From: Burkholderiales bacterium
GTDB taxonomy: Bacteria; Pseudomonadota; Gammaproteobacteria; Burkholderiales; SHXO01
Assembly (NCBI GenBank): GCA_020854105.1
Contig: JADZGB010000041.1
Coordinates: 2,809 to 66,808, forward strand
Direction of reading: 5' to 3'
DNA length: 64,000 bases
The notes beneath the pieces were generated by a model, which ran no database searches, had not been told where the DNA came from, and worked only from the letters and a program-made list of their open reading frames with translations. Position numbers and translations under genes: made by a program. Below, piece by piece: positions 55,905 through 64,000 of the stretch (positions within the stretch are counted from its first letter, which is position 1; every line of letters starts with the position of its first letter).

Positions 55905-56648
55905 ATGGACCGTACGAGCCTCATCGGACTCGCCCTGGGACTGGCCGCGATTATCGGCGGCCAGCTGCTCGAGGGGGGCGAACTGCGTTCGCTGGTGCAG
56001 GTGACCGCCTTCGCCATTGTCATCGGCGGCACGCTCGGTGCCGTCATGCTGCAGAGTTCCCCGGCCGTGTTCATGGCCGGCGTGCGCCTGCTTCCCTGGA
56101 TCTTCCGCCCGCCCGCGTCCGAGTTCCGCAACACCCTCGACCGCCTCGTCCTGTGGGGCAGCACCGCGCGCAAGGGCGGTCTGCTTGCCCTCGAACCGAT
56201 GATGCGCGGGGCCGTCGATGCATACACCCGCAAGGGCCTGCAGCTGGTGGTGGACGGAGCCGAGCCGCACGTGCTGCGCGAGGCGATGCAGCTGGAGATC
56301 GACACCTGGGAAGATGCCCAGCGCCAGGCTGCGCGCGTCTGGGGGGCCGCGGGAGGCTATGCGCCGACCATCGGCATCATCGGCGCCGTCATGGGGCTGA
56401 TCCAGGTGATGCAGAACCTGTCCGACCCGGCGCGCCTGGGCGCCGGCATTGCCGTCGCCTTCGTCGCGACCATCTACGGTGTGGGCTCGGCCAATCTGTT
56501 CTTTCTGCCGGTGGCGAGCAAGCTCGAGGCGATCATCGCGCGCCAGGTCCGGCTGCGCGAGATGATCGCGGACGGCATGGAGGCGATCGCCGCGGGGGAG
56601 AACCCACGCAACATCGAGTTGCGCCTGGAGGGCTACTTTGTCCAGTGA
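55905..56648 (+). CDS. motA: Flagellar stator protein MotA (MotC/PomA-like short form)
   Basis: 247 aa, four TM segments. YAPTIGIIGAVMGLI and AFVATIYGVGSANLFFLP are typical of MotA/ExbB-family stators. Confidence 0.9.
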   Translation: MDRTSLIGLALGLAAIIGGQLLEGGELRSLVQVTAFAIVIGGTLGAVMLQSSPAVFMAGVRLLPWIFRPPASEFRNTLDRLVLWGSTARKGGLLALEPMMRGAVDAYTRKGLQLVVDGAEPHVLREAMQLEIDTWEDAQRQAARVWGAAGGYAPTIGIIGAVMGLIQVMQNLSDPARLGAGIAVAFVATIYGVGSANLFFLPVASKLEAIIARQVRLREMIADGMEAIAAGENPRNIELRLEGYFVQ

Positions 56649-57549
56649 GACGGATGAGTCCGTCGCACCGGAGAGTGTCCGGCAGAACGCAGCGGGCCGC
56701 CGTCCCCGGCGCCGCCCCCGTCGCTACCGGGAAGGAGGCGAGAGTCCGGACCGCTGGCTGGTCAGCTATGCCGATTTCATCACCCTGCTGTTCGCCTTCT
56801 TCGTGGTGATGTACGCGATTTCGCAGGTCAACGAGGGCAAGTACAAGCTGCTCTCCGACGCGCTCATCCAGGCCTTCAAGCCCGTGGCGTCGCTGCAGGG
56901 CACTTCCACTGCCGAGCGCCTGATGCCGGGCGAGGGTGTGCGCAGTTCGGCCGAGGAGGGCAAGGCGCGGCTCGACAAGATCGCGCAGGAGCTGGTGACC
57001 GCACTCGGCGATCTGATCAAGACCGGGCAGGTGCGCGTGACCGAGAGCGGGCTGGGGCTGGCGATCGAGATCAATGCCAGCGTCCTATTCGAGTCTGCCC
57101 AGGCCGATCTGATGCCGCAGGCGATGCCGGTGCTCGGCAGCCTCGCCAATGCGCTCGCACCCCTGCCCAACGACATCCAGGTCGAAGGGCACACGGACAG
57201 CACGCCGATCACGAGCGCCAGATTCCCGTCGAACTGGGAACTGTCGGCGTCGCGCGCGGGCAGCGTCGTGCGCCTGTTCAACGCGCTCGGGGTCGCATCG
57301 GTGCGGCTGGTGGCAGTGGGCTACGCGGATACCCGCAACATCGCCCCCAACGACACACCCGAGGGTCGGGCGCGCAATCGCCGCGTCACGGTAATGATCC
57401 TGCCCGAACGCGAGCGCAATGCGGCATCCGCGCCGGCCGTGCCGCCACGTCCGGCATGGGATCTCATGATGCCGGCTGCACCGGGCGAGTCATCCGAACC
57501 CCTCTCGCCGTTGCCCCAGGCTCCCGCGGCGGGGTCGTCCGCGCAATAG
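56638..57549 (+). CDS. motB: Flagellar stator protein MotB (OmpA-like C-terminal domain)
   Basis: Plug/TM region WLVSYADFITLLFAFFVVMYA and an OmpA-like domain (GHTDSTPI...NWELSASRA...RNRRV). TTG is the only in-frame start before the TM segment. Overlaps motA by 11 nt. Confidence 0.85.
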   Translation: MSSETDESVAPESVRQNAAGRRPRRRPRRYREGGESPDRWLVSYADFITLLFAFFVVMYAISQVNEGKYKLLSDALIQAFKPVASLQGTSTAERLMPGEGVRSSAEEGKARLDKIAQELVTALGDLIKTGQVRVTESGLGLAIEINASVLFESAQADLMPQAMPVLGSLANALAPLPNDIQVEGHTDSTPITSARFPSNWELSASRAGSVVRLFNALGVASVRLVAVGYADTRNIAPNDTPEGRARNRRVTVMILPERERNAASAPAVPPRPAWDLMMPAAPGESSEPLSPLPQAPAAGSSAQ

Positions 57550-57623
57550 TTGCGCCCGCCGGCGCGGGCGATCCAGTCTACGTGTAGTGGAGAAAGATGC
57601 ACGTCGCGCGCGGCGTGCATGCC

Positions 57624-58091
57624 TCAGGCCTGTCCGAGCGTGCGGTTGGCCGGCTGGATCACGCTCTGTCCGTCCGGGCCATAGACGCTGTGCCGGCGCG
57701 CGGCCGCACCGAGCGTCTCGAGGGCGGCACGGTTGTGGGCCATGCGCGATGAGAGCAGGTCGCCATTGCCGCGGTTGCGCTCCCGGGCGCGGTCGGCGAT
57801 AGACACGAGCGTGCCCCACAGCGATGCGACCTCGTCCGGCTGTTCCTCCAGTCGCATCCGGAAATCCCCGGCGCGCGGGTCGAGCGCCACGGCGCGCAGC
57901 GTGCTGCCGCGCACCCGTGCCAGTTCGGCCAGACGCTGCACCGCGCGCGTCTTGTCCTGGGACAGGGAGAGCAGACGGTCGGCATCGGTGCCGATCAGTG
58001 CGGCGTGCTCGTCCTCCAGCACGCGGTTCAGCGCCTCGAAACCTTCGATCTCGGCGCGCAGCGCGTCGCACAGCATGGAAGGTGCGCTCAT
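57624..58091 (-). CDS. flgN: Flagellar chaperone FlgN
   Basis: 155 aa helical protein directly downstream of flgM. LEDEHAALIGTDADRLLSLSQDKTRAVQRL resembles FlgN. Confidence 0.75.
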   Translation of the reverse strand: MSAPSMLCDALRAEIEGFEALNRVLEDEHAALIGTDADRLLSLSQDKTRAVQRLAELARVRGSTLRAVALDPRAGDFRMRLEEQPDEVASLWGTLVSIADRARERNRGNGDLLSSRMAHNRAALETLGAAARRHSVYGPDGQSVIQPANRTLGQA

Positions 58092-58126
58092 GTAAGGGCC
58101 GGACCGCCGCTCCCGGAAGAGCGTGC

Positions 58127-58459
58127 TCAGGCCTGCTGATTGACGAGCAGGTCGCGGACAGTGGTGAGCAGCTTGTCCGCCACCACTTCCGAGTCGATCT
58201 GGAAGCGCCCTTCCGCGATCGCCTGCTTCACCGCGTCGACGCGCGCGGCGTCGACGATGCCCACGTCGTTGAGCATCTTCTCCAGCTGTGCGAGCTGGGC
58301 GGACAGGGACGTAATCTCGACCTTGTCGCGCGCCACGCCCGGCGTAGCCGGCGACTGGGCGCCGCCCGCCTTGCCTGCTGCAACTTCTGGCACACCGGCC
58401 GGGTTGACCGGCTTGATGGAACCACCACCGTTGATCTTCACGAGCCTGTTCCTAGTCAT
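58127..58459 (-). CDS. flgM: Anti-sigma-28 factor FlgM
   Basis: 110 aa. Disordered N-terminus and C-terminal DAARVDAVKQAIAEGRFQIDSEVVADKLL, typical of FlgM. Confidence 0.85.
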   Translation of the reverse strand: MTRNRLVKINGGGSIKPVNPAGVPEVAAGKAGGAQSPATPGVARDKVEITSLSAQLAQLEKMLNDVGIVDAARVDAVKQAIAEGRFQIDSEVVADKLLTTVRDLLVNQQA

Positions 58460-58509
58460 GGCGCGCCGCGGCGATGCAGGCGCCGAGTCAATCCGATTAC
58501 CCTGAGACT

Positions 58510-58537
58510 GTTACGACTGTCCGGGCAGGTTCTTTAG
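58510..58537 (-). promoter_or_regulatory. Weak candidate sigma-28 promoter for flgMN
   Basis: Minus strand reads cTAAAGaacctgcccggacaGTCGTAAC. The spacing to the -10 is correct, but only 4 of 8 positions match GCCGATAA. Confidence 0.3.
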
Positions 58538-58594
58538 TGCCGCCTTGGCGACCAGGCAAAGGATCAATCCTAGACTGGACGAACGCGATGTTCA

Positions 58595-58643
58595 ACCTGA
58601 AATGCCCCGCACCTGAAATGCCCGGCGCCTGAATACCCTAGCG
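58595..58643. repeat. Tandem repeat of 16-17 bp, 3 copies (acctgaaatgcccngcg)
   Basis: acctgaaatgccccgc / acctgaaatgcccggcg / cctgaataccctagcg. The third copy overlaps the flgA stop codon. It lies upstream of flgM on the minus strand. Confidence 0.6.
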
Positions 58644-59372
58644 TACCTCCACCACACCCGGCTCGCTGGCGATACCCTTGATCACCCTGCCGGAGCGCGT
58701 CTTCACCTGAACCGGCGCATGCTGCGCCGCATTGTTCAGGGCCCGGCCTTCCCCCGCGACCTCGAAACCCTCACCGACGTATACGATCTTCACCTGCTGT
58801 CCCTGGGTCACGATGATCGCCCCGCGCAGCATGTCCGGGCGCAGCGTGGTGCCCGCGGGCAGCGCCGCGACGCTGGTCTTGCCCACCGCCTGGCCGCTGT
58901 CGCCGAGCACACCCAGCGGCAGCCGGGTCAGATCCATCACACGGCTGGTCACGTCCGCCTCCCCGATGCGTTCGCCGCGTCCGAGGGCACGGGTGGTGAC
59001 CACGACCGGTGCATGAACCCTCACCGTGATGGGCACGTGGATGCTCCAGCCGCCCGGGTCCTTGCAATGGACCAGCACACTGGTCCTGCCCCATAGCCGG
59101 GTTCCCGGTGCGGTCGCTGCCACCGCGCGGCTGCACGGCGCGAGGCGGGTGCGCGGATCGAGTCCGATGGCTTCGATCTCGACGCGCCCGCGCATACCTG
59201 CAGTCTGTGCACGGGCGTGCGCGAGTGCCACCCGTTCCAGATCGGCAAGTGCATGCGCGGTCTGCTGCGCAATAGCGCCCGGCGCCAGCCCGAGCAGCGC
59301 GGCGGCGAGCACCAGGCAGGCCTGCCGCGCGAAAACCGGTGGGAACCAGTACCCGATCATCAAGTCGCGCAT
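58638..59372 (-). CDS. flgA: Flagellar P-ring assembly chaperone FlgA
   Basis: Signal peptide and a C-terminal SAF domain (IIVTQGQQVKIVYVGEGFEVAGEGRALNNAAQHAPVQVKTRSGRVIKG). Alternative ATG at 59360. Confidence 0.85.
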   Translation of the reverse strand: MRDLMIGYWFPPVFARQACLVLAAALLGLAPGAIAQQTAHALADLERVALAHARAQTAGMRGRVEIEAIGLDPRTRLAPCSRAVAATAPGTRLWGRTSVLVHCKDPGGWSIHVPITVRVHAPVVVTTRALGRGERIGEADVTSRVMDLTRLPLGVLGDSGQAVGKTSVAALPAGTTLRPDMLRGAIIVTQGQQVKIVYVGEGFEVAGEGRALNNAAQHAPVQVKTRSGRVIKGIASEPGVVEVR

Positions 59373-59409
59373 CTCCGGGACGTTAATTTGTCACCTATTA
59401 TCCGATCCC

Positions 59410-61194
59410 ATGGGCGTGCTCACCAATCCGACCGATCTTGCGCGCGAGACACTGAAGCTGCTCGCCGCCCGCCGCATTGCACCGACGCCGGAGAACTTCA
59501 CGCGCCTATACCACGAGATCGCGGGAACGCGTCCGGCGCGCGAGGCGCCGGAGGATCGCGCCGCGCACGCGATCCGCCAGGCCGCGGATGCCTATCCGGC
59601 GTTGACCGTCCTGCAGCGGCTCGCCCGGGCCCTGGAGGAGCGCGACTACACGCAATTCAGCTCCGCGCTGGTGGGACTTGCCGGCGGCAAGGAGAGCGGC
59701 GTGCGCCATGAGTGGGGCCTGCTGATCAAGGATCTGCTGCGTCATCTGGACATGCGCCAGACCGGTACCGGATATGCGCGCAAGCGCGAGGCAGTCGAGC
59801 GTGTGCTGATCGGCTTCTCCAGCGATGCGCAGCTGTTCGGCAAGCTCGAGGCCCTGCACAGGTCGTGGGGCGAGGCGTCCGATGTGATGGCAACGCCGCA
59901 GGTCGATTTCGCACGCGCGGCCATGGCCACGGGCGAGTTCAATGCGGCCCTGGACGCCACCGCCCCGCCGGCGAGCATGTCCGCGGCGGTCGGCACCGTG
60001 CGCCAGCTCAAGGACCTGCTCGCGCAGACCCTGGAGATCGGGCTGGCGGCGCGCCTGGAGCGTTTCCCCCCGCTCGCGGAGGAGGCGCGCAAGCTCGCGC
60101 ACATCGCGCGCGAGGGCAACGGTTCCGACGTGTGGGGCAAGTTCGGCACCCTGTTGCGGCAGTTCTTCTTCCGGGTCGAGGTGCGCGGCGAGGCCGACGC
60201 GGAACTGCTCGACGGCATGCTGCGCCTGGTCGGCTTCCTCCTCAACAACATCGAGGAACTGGTCGACGACGACCAGTGGCTGTCCGGCCAGCTCAAGATC
60301 GTGCGCGAGGTGATCCAGGAGCCGCTCACCACGGACAAGATCAACGAAGCGGAGCGCCGTTTCAAGGAAGTCATCTACAAGCAGAGCACGCTCAAGCACA
60401 GCCTGGAGGAGGCCAAGGGTTCCCTCAAGACGCTCATCTCCACCTTCGTGGAGCGCCTCACCGAGGTGTCCGCGACCACTTCCGAATACCACGAGAAGGT
60501 CAGCGGATACCTCGGGCGCGTGGAGAACGCCAACGACGTTGGCAGCCTGAAGGACATCGTCGACGAACTCATGAGCGATACGCGTGCCATGCAGGTGGAC
60601 ATGTTGCGCTACCGCGACGACATGGTCCATGCCCGCCGCCAGGCGGAGCAGGCGGAATCGAAGGTGCGCAGGCTCGAGGCCGAGCTGGAGCACGTGAGCG
60701 AGCAGGTGAGCCAGGATCAGCTCACCGGCACGCTGAACCGGCGCGGACTCGAGGAAGCGATGCAGCGCGAGATGGCGCGCGCGGAGCGCAGCCAGAAGCC
60801 GCTGTCGGTGGCGATCCTGGACCTCGACAACTTCAAGCAGCTCAACGACACCTACGGCCACCAGGCCGGCGACGACGCACTGGTGCACCTGACGAAGGTC
60901 ATCAGGAAGACGCTGCGTCCCACCGACATCGTGGCGCGCTACGGTGGAGAGGAATTCGTCGTCCTGTTCGGCGAGACACCACTGGCGCAGGCGGTGGAGG
61001 TCACCAAGCGGCTGCAGCGCGAACTCACGCGCCGCTTCTTCCTGCACAACAACGAGCGCCTGCTGATCACCTTCAGCGCAGGCGTGTCCACGTGGCGTCC
61101 CGGCGACTCCCAGGAGATCGCCTTTGCCCGCGCCGACAAGGCCATGTACCAGGCCAAGCTTCAGGGCAAGAATCGCGTGGTGGTCGCCGAGTAG
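59410..61194 (+). CDS. Diguanylate cyclase (GGDEF) with a large helical N-terminal region
   Basis: 594 aa from ATG 59410. C-terminal GGDEF domain with active site RYGGEEFVVLF and an RxxD I-site (RPTD) five residues upstream. A coiled coil precedes the domain. The 5' extension in ORF 59026..61194 is antisense to flgA. Confidence 0.9.
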   Translation: MGVLTNPTDLARETLKLLAARRIAPTPENFTRLYHEIAGTRPAREAPEDRAAHAIRQAADAYPALTVLQRLARALEERDYTQFSSALVGLAGGKESGVRHEWGLLIKDLLRHLDMRQTGTGYARKREAVERVLIGFSSDAQLFGKLEALHRSWGEASDVMATPQVDFARAAMATGEFNAALDATAPPASMSAAVGTVRQLKDLLAQTLEIGLAARLERFPPLAEEARKLAHIAREGNGSDVWGKFGTLLRQFFFRVEVRGEADAELLDGMLRLVGFLLNNIEELVDDDQWLSGQLKIVREVIQEPLTTDKINEAERRFKEVIYKQSTLKHSLEEAKGSLKTLISTFVERLTEVSATTSEYHEKVSGYLGRVENANDVGSLKDIVDELMSDTRAMQVDMLRYRDDMVHARRQAEQAESKVRRLEAELEHVSEQVSQDQLTGTLNRRGLEEAMQREMARAERSQKPLSVAILDLDNFKQLNDTYGHQAGDDALVHLTKVIRKTLRPTDIVARYGGEEFVVLFGETPLAQAVEVTKRLQRELTRRFFLHNNERLLITFSAGVSTWRPGDSQEIAFARADKAMYQAKLQGKNRVVVAE

Positions 61195-61365
61195 CACACG
61201 CACTGCGCGGTCGCGGACTCCGGCAATCCTTGCCGGATATGCCATCGGGGCGGCAAGCCGCGCCCGATCCCAGACCTGTCCGCCTGTTCTCCGGGGTCGC
61301 CGCGCTATAACATTAAATCTCTGAAATATAAAAGGAAAAAGACTCTTCCGGCGAGCTTCGCCGCG

Positions 61366-61381
61366 TGGCATGCAAGCTGCA
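61366..61381 (+). promoter_or_regulatory. Sigma-54 promoter upstream of flgBCDE
   Basis: TGGCATGcaagcTGCA fits TGGCAC-N5-TTGCW with exact GG/GC spacing. It lies 31 nt before the flgB ATG and is preceded by an AT-rich tract (61305-61345) that could bind IHF. Confidence 0.65.
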
Positions 61382-61411
61382 AAGGCTCCGCCCACCGAAT
61401 CAGAGGTGAAC

Positions 61412-61813
61412 ATGCTCGACGGACTCGACGGATTTCTCGCCCGCCATCTGCACGCCCTGGACGTGCGGGCGCGCCGCAGCGAAGTGCTGGCCTCCAACAT
61501 CGCCAATGCGGATACGCCGAACTACAAGGCGCGCGATTTCGATTTCGCCGCGGCCCTGCGCGGAGCGCAGGCCGGACGCGGCGAACTGGCGCTGATGCGT
61601 ACCTCGGCCCGTCATCTGTCGCAGCCGCACGCGTCCGCCGCCGCCGTGGACCTGCAGTACCGGGTGCCGGTGCAGGCCTCGATCGACGGCAACACGGTGG
61701 AGATGGACACCGAGCTCGCGCAGTTCTCCGACAACGCGTTGCGCATGCAGGCCGACATCACCTTCCTGAGCAGCCGCGTGCGCTCGATGCAGATCGCCAT
61801 CAACGGCCAGTAA
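61412..61813 (+). CDS. flgB: Flagellar basal-body rod protein FlgB
   Basis: ATG 61412 follows gaggtg. [15 protein letters not shown] is the rod-protein N-terminal motif. Confidence 0.9.
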   Translation: MLDGLDGFLARHLHALDVRARRSEVLASNIANADTPNYKARDFDFAAALRGAQAGRGELALMRTSARHLSQPHASAAAVDLQYRVPVQASIDGNTVEMDTELAQFSDNALRMQADITFLSSRVRSMQIAINGQ

Positions 61814-61823
61814 CGCGACACCC

Positions 61824-62231
61824 ATGTCCCTGACCAACGTATTCGACATCGCCAGCTCCGCGCTGTCCGCCCAGTCCCAGCGCTTGAACGTGGTGGCCAG
61901 CAACCTCGCCAACGCCGACAGCGCCACGTCCTCCTCGGGCACGCCATACAAGGCGAGGCAGGTGGTGTTCACCGCCATGCCAGCGGCACGAACCCGGGAC
62001 AGCATGGGCGTGCGCGTGACCAGCCTGGTCGAGGATCCTTCGCCCGCGCGGCTCGTGTACGACCCCGGCCACCCCCTCGCCGACACCAAGGGCTACGTGA
62101 CCATGCCCAACGTAAACGTGGTCGAGGAGATGACCAACATGATCTCGGCATCGCGCGCCTACCAGATGAATCTGGACATGATGAACACGGCGAAGAACCT
62201 GATGCTCAGGACGCTCGCGCTCGGCCAGTAA
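61824..62231 (+). CDS. flgC: Flagellar basal-body rod protein FlgC
   Basis: 135 aa. SNLANADS...[25 protein letters not shown]. Confidence 0.95.
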   Translation: MSLTNVFDIASSALSAQSQRLNVVASNLANADSATSSSGTPYKARQVVFTAMPAARTRDSMGVRVTSLVEDPSPARLVYDPGHPLADTKGYVTMPNVNVVEEMTNMISASRAYQMNLDMMNTAKNLMLRTLALGQ

Positions 62232-62264
62232 CGCAGGCGCCACCCACCCGACCGGACATCCGCC

Positions 62265-62936
62265 ATGACAACCGTCAGCCAGACCAGCACCGAGAACCTG
62301 CTCGCCAGCCTGGGAGTGTCCTCGAGTTCCACCAAGTCCGCCTCCGAGAGCCAGCAGGACCGGTTCCTCACGCTGCTGGTCACGCAGATGCGCAACCAGG
62401 ACCCGCTCAATCCGATGGAGAACGCGGAGGTGACCACGCAGATCGCGCAGATCAGCACGGTCAACGGCATCGACAAGCTCAACGCCACGCTCCAGGCGAT
62501 GGAGACGAGCTTCCTCGCCGCACAGACCCTGCAGGCCGGCACGCTCATCGGCCGGGGCGTGCTCTCGGAAGGCGATGCCATGGTGCTCGAACAGGGAAGT
62601 GCCAGCGCGGCCTTCGTCCTGGACGCACGGGCGACGGAGGTCCAGATCGAGATCAGGCGTGCGGACGGAACTGTGGTGCACACCGACACGCTGAACGAGG
62701 CGCCTGCGGGAACCTCCATCATCAGCTGGGACGGCAAGGACGACGGCGGCAATCAGCTGCCCGACGGCGTGTATGCATTCGAGGTGAGCGCGATCCAGGA
62801 CGGGAAGCGGGCGCAGGCGGACACCCTCGGCTTCGGGCGCGTGCACGGCGTGGTGCTGGACGCGGGCGGTCTGATGCTCGACACGCACGGGCTCGGTGTC
62901 GTGCCGCTCGGGCAGGTCAGGCAGATTCTTCAGTAA
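62265..62936 (+). CDS. flgD: Flagellar hook capping/assembly protein FlgD
   Basis: 223 aa. FLTLLVTQMRNQDPLNPM and a FlgD Ig-like C-terminal part (WDGKDDGGNQLPDGVY). Confidence 0.9.
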   Translation: MTTVSQTSTENLLASLGVSSSSTKSASESQQDRFLTLLVTQMRNQDPLNPMENAEVTTQIAQISTVNGIDKLNATLQAMETSFLAAQTLQAGTLIGRGVLSEGDAMVLEQGSASAAFVLDARATEVQIEIRRADGTVVHTDTLNEAPAGTSIISWDGKDDGGNQLPDGVYAFEVSAIQDGKRAQADTLGFGRVHGVVLDAGGLMLDTHGLGVVPLGQVRQILQ

Positions 62937-62960
62937 TCGATTCATCGGGAGACGGCAAGG

Positions 62961-64000
62961 ATGGGATTCCAGTCTGGATTGAGCGGCCTGAACACCGCGA
63001 GCAAGAACCTGGACGTGATCGGCAACAACGTGGCGAACGCGAGCGTGGTTGGCTTCAAGGGCTCGCAGGCGCAGTTCGCCGACGTGTTCGCCAACTCGCT
63101 CCTTGGCGGAGGCGCCGGGCAGATCGGCATCGGGACCAAGATGGCCACGGTCGCGCAGATGTTCAGTCAGGGCAACATCTCGGTGACGAGCAACCCGCTC
63201 GACGTCGCGATCAACGGCAAGGGATTCTTCAGGATGGAGAACAACGGCGCCGTGACCTACACGCGCAACGGGCAGTTCAGGTTCGACGCCCAGGGATTCC
63301 TGGTGAACAGCCAGGGCTTGAACCTGACCGGATACGCGGCCGACGACAGCGGCAACATCCTGCCCTCGGCGCCCTCGCCGATCCAGATCTCGTTTGCCGA
63401 CATCGCGCCTGAGCCCACCACGGAATTCCGTCTCGGCATGAACATCGACTCGCGCGAGGACGTGCCCGACGATGCCACCTTCAGCATCACCAATCCGCGC
63501 AGCTACAACCGCTCCACCTCGGGTACCGTGTACGACACGCTGGGCAATCCGCACGTGTTCAGCATCTACCTGGTGAAGACGGCCAACCCCAACGAGTGGC
63601 AGATGTACGGGGCGGTCGACGGCGTGCTAGCCGATGCCGACATCGGCAACGGTGCGGGCGGTGCGGTGACGGTGACCTTCGACGAAGAGGGCAATCTGCT
63701 GACCGGCATGCCGCTGGACGTATCGCTGGACATAGCGAGCGGCGCGGCCACGCCGCTCGACTTCGAGTTCGACCTGACGGGCAGCACGCAGTACGGCTCG
63801 ACCTTCGGAGTGAACGACATCGCGCAGGACGGGTTTTCGTCCGGACGCCTGGCAGGCTTCAACGTGGGTGCGGACGGCATTCTCGTGGGCCGCTACACCA
63901 ACGGCCAGAGCCGCAATCTCGCGCAGATCGTCCTCGCGGATTTCCGTAATCCCCAGGGCCTGAATCCGCTCGGGGACAATCAGTGGGAGGAGTCCTCCGC
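62961..64000 (+). CDS. flgE: Flagellar hook protein FlgE (partial; continues past the right edge)
   Basis: My own translation from ATG 62961 gives MGFQSGLSGLNTASKNLDVIGNNVANASVVGFKGSQAQFADVFA..., and the frame stays open to the end of the window. Absent from the ORF track because there is no stop codon. Confidence 0.9.
   Translation, partial: MGFQSGLSGLNTASKNLDVIGNNVANASVVGFKGSQAQFADVFANSLLGGGAGQIGIGTKMATVAQMFSQGNISVTSNPLDVAINGKGFFRMENNGAVTYTRNGQFRFDAQGFLVNSQGLNLTGYAADDSGNILPSAPSPIQISFADIAPEPTTEFRLGMNIDSREDVPDDATFSITNPRSYNRSTSGTVYDTLGNPHVFSIYLVKTANPNEWQMYGAVDGVLADADIGNGAGGAVTVTFDEEGNLLTGMPLDVSLDIASGAATPLDFEFDLTGSTQYGSTFGVNDIAQDGFSSGRLAGFNVGADGILVGRYTNGQSRNLAQIVLADFRNPQGLNPLGDNQWEESS

Noticed and set aside
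59026-59409. 128-codon N-terminal extension of the GGDEF ORF
   Set aside because: The extension is antisense to flgA and low in complexity. The ATG at 59410 begins the conserved-looking N-terminus (MGVLTNPTDLARETLKLL).
59506-63554. 666-aa and 584-aa minus-strand ORFs over the GGDEF gene and flgB-flgE
   Set aside because: They are antisense to genes with unambiguous motifs. Shadow ORFs.

Overview
Visibly GC-rich proteobacterial chromosome. Almost the whole window is ordinary core genome, and I found no defence island, CRISPR array, integrase, transposase or prophage. An enterobacterial-type block (trxB, ftsK-lolA-rarA-serS) and a flagellar regulon with FlhF/FlhG plus sigma-54 and sigma-28 promoters suggest a gamma- or beta-proteobacterium. 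Gene content from left to right: (1) a tight four-gene operon encoding an FAH-family hydrolase, a BKACE (DUF849) enzyme, a PdxA-family dehydrogenase and a DUF1537 acid-sugar kinase; (2) a small Cys-rich metal-binding protein, an orphan betaine-type binding protein translationally coupled to a frame-broken M1 aminopeptidase, maiA, and small housekeeping genes; (3) glnB, smr, trxB, ftsK, lolA, rarA, serS, mltF, then tRNA-Ser(CGA) with a duplicated 3' end and a decayed outer-membrane gene; (4) ilvD preceded by a long structured RNA and an intrinsic terminator, an orphan NarL-type response regulator, and tal; (5) the complete ccmABCDEFGHI operon, mltB and mutS; (6) a minimal Hanks-type kinase, suhB, trmJ, cysE, then iscR-sufABCDSU-nfu; (7) a flagellar cluster: flhBAFG-fliA-motAB, flgNMA, a GGDEF cyclase, and flgBCDE (flgE runs off the right edge). 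No single undescribed system stands out. The observations most worth following are a FlhG/FleN homologue that has lost its ATPase P-loop, the structured RNA and terminator upstream of ilvD, the GGDEF gene wedged between flgA and flgB, the unusual FAH-BKACE-PdxA-DUF1537 operon, the tRNA-Ser duplication scar, and a small inverted-repeat element family that supplies the rarA C-terminus and the serS ribosome-binding site. All product calls come from motif and family recognition by eye in the supplied translations. No database search was run.
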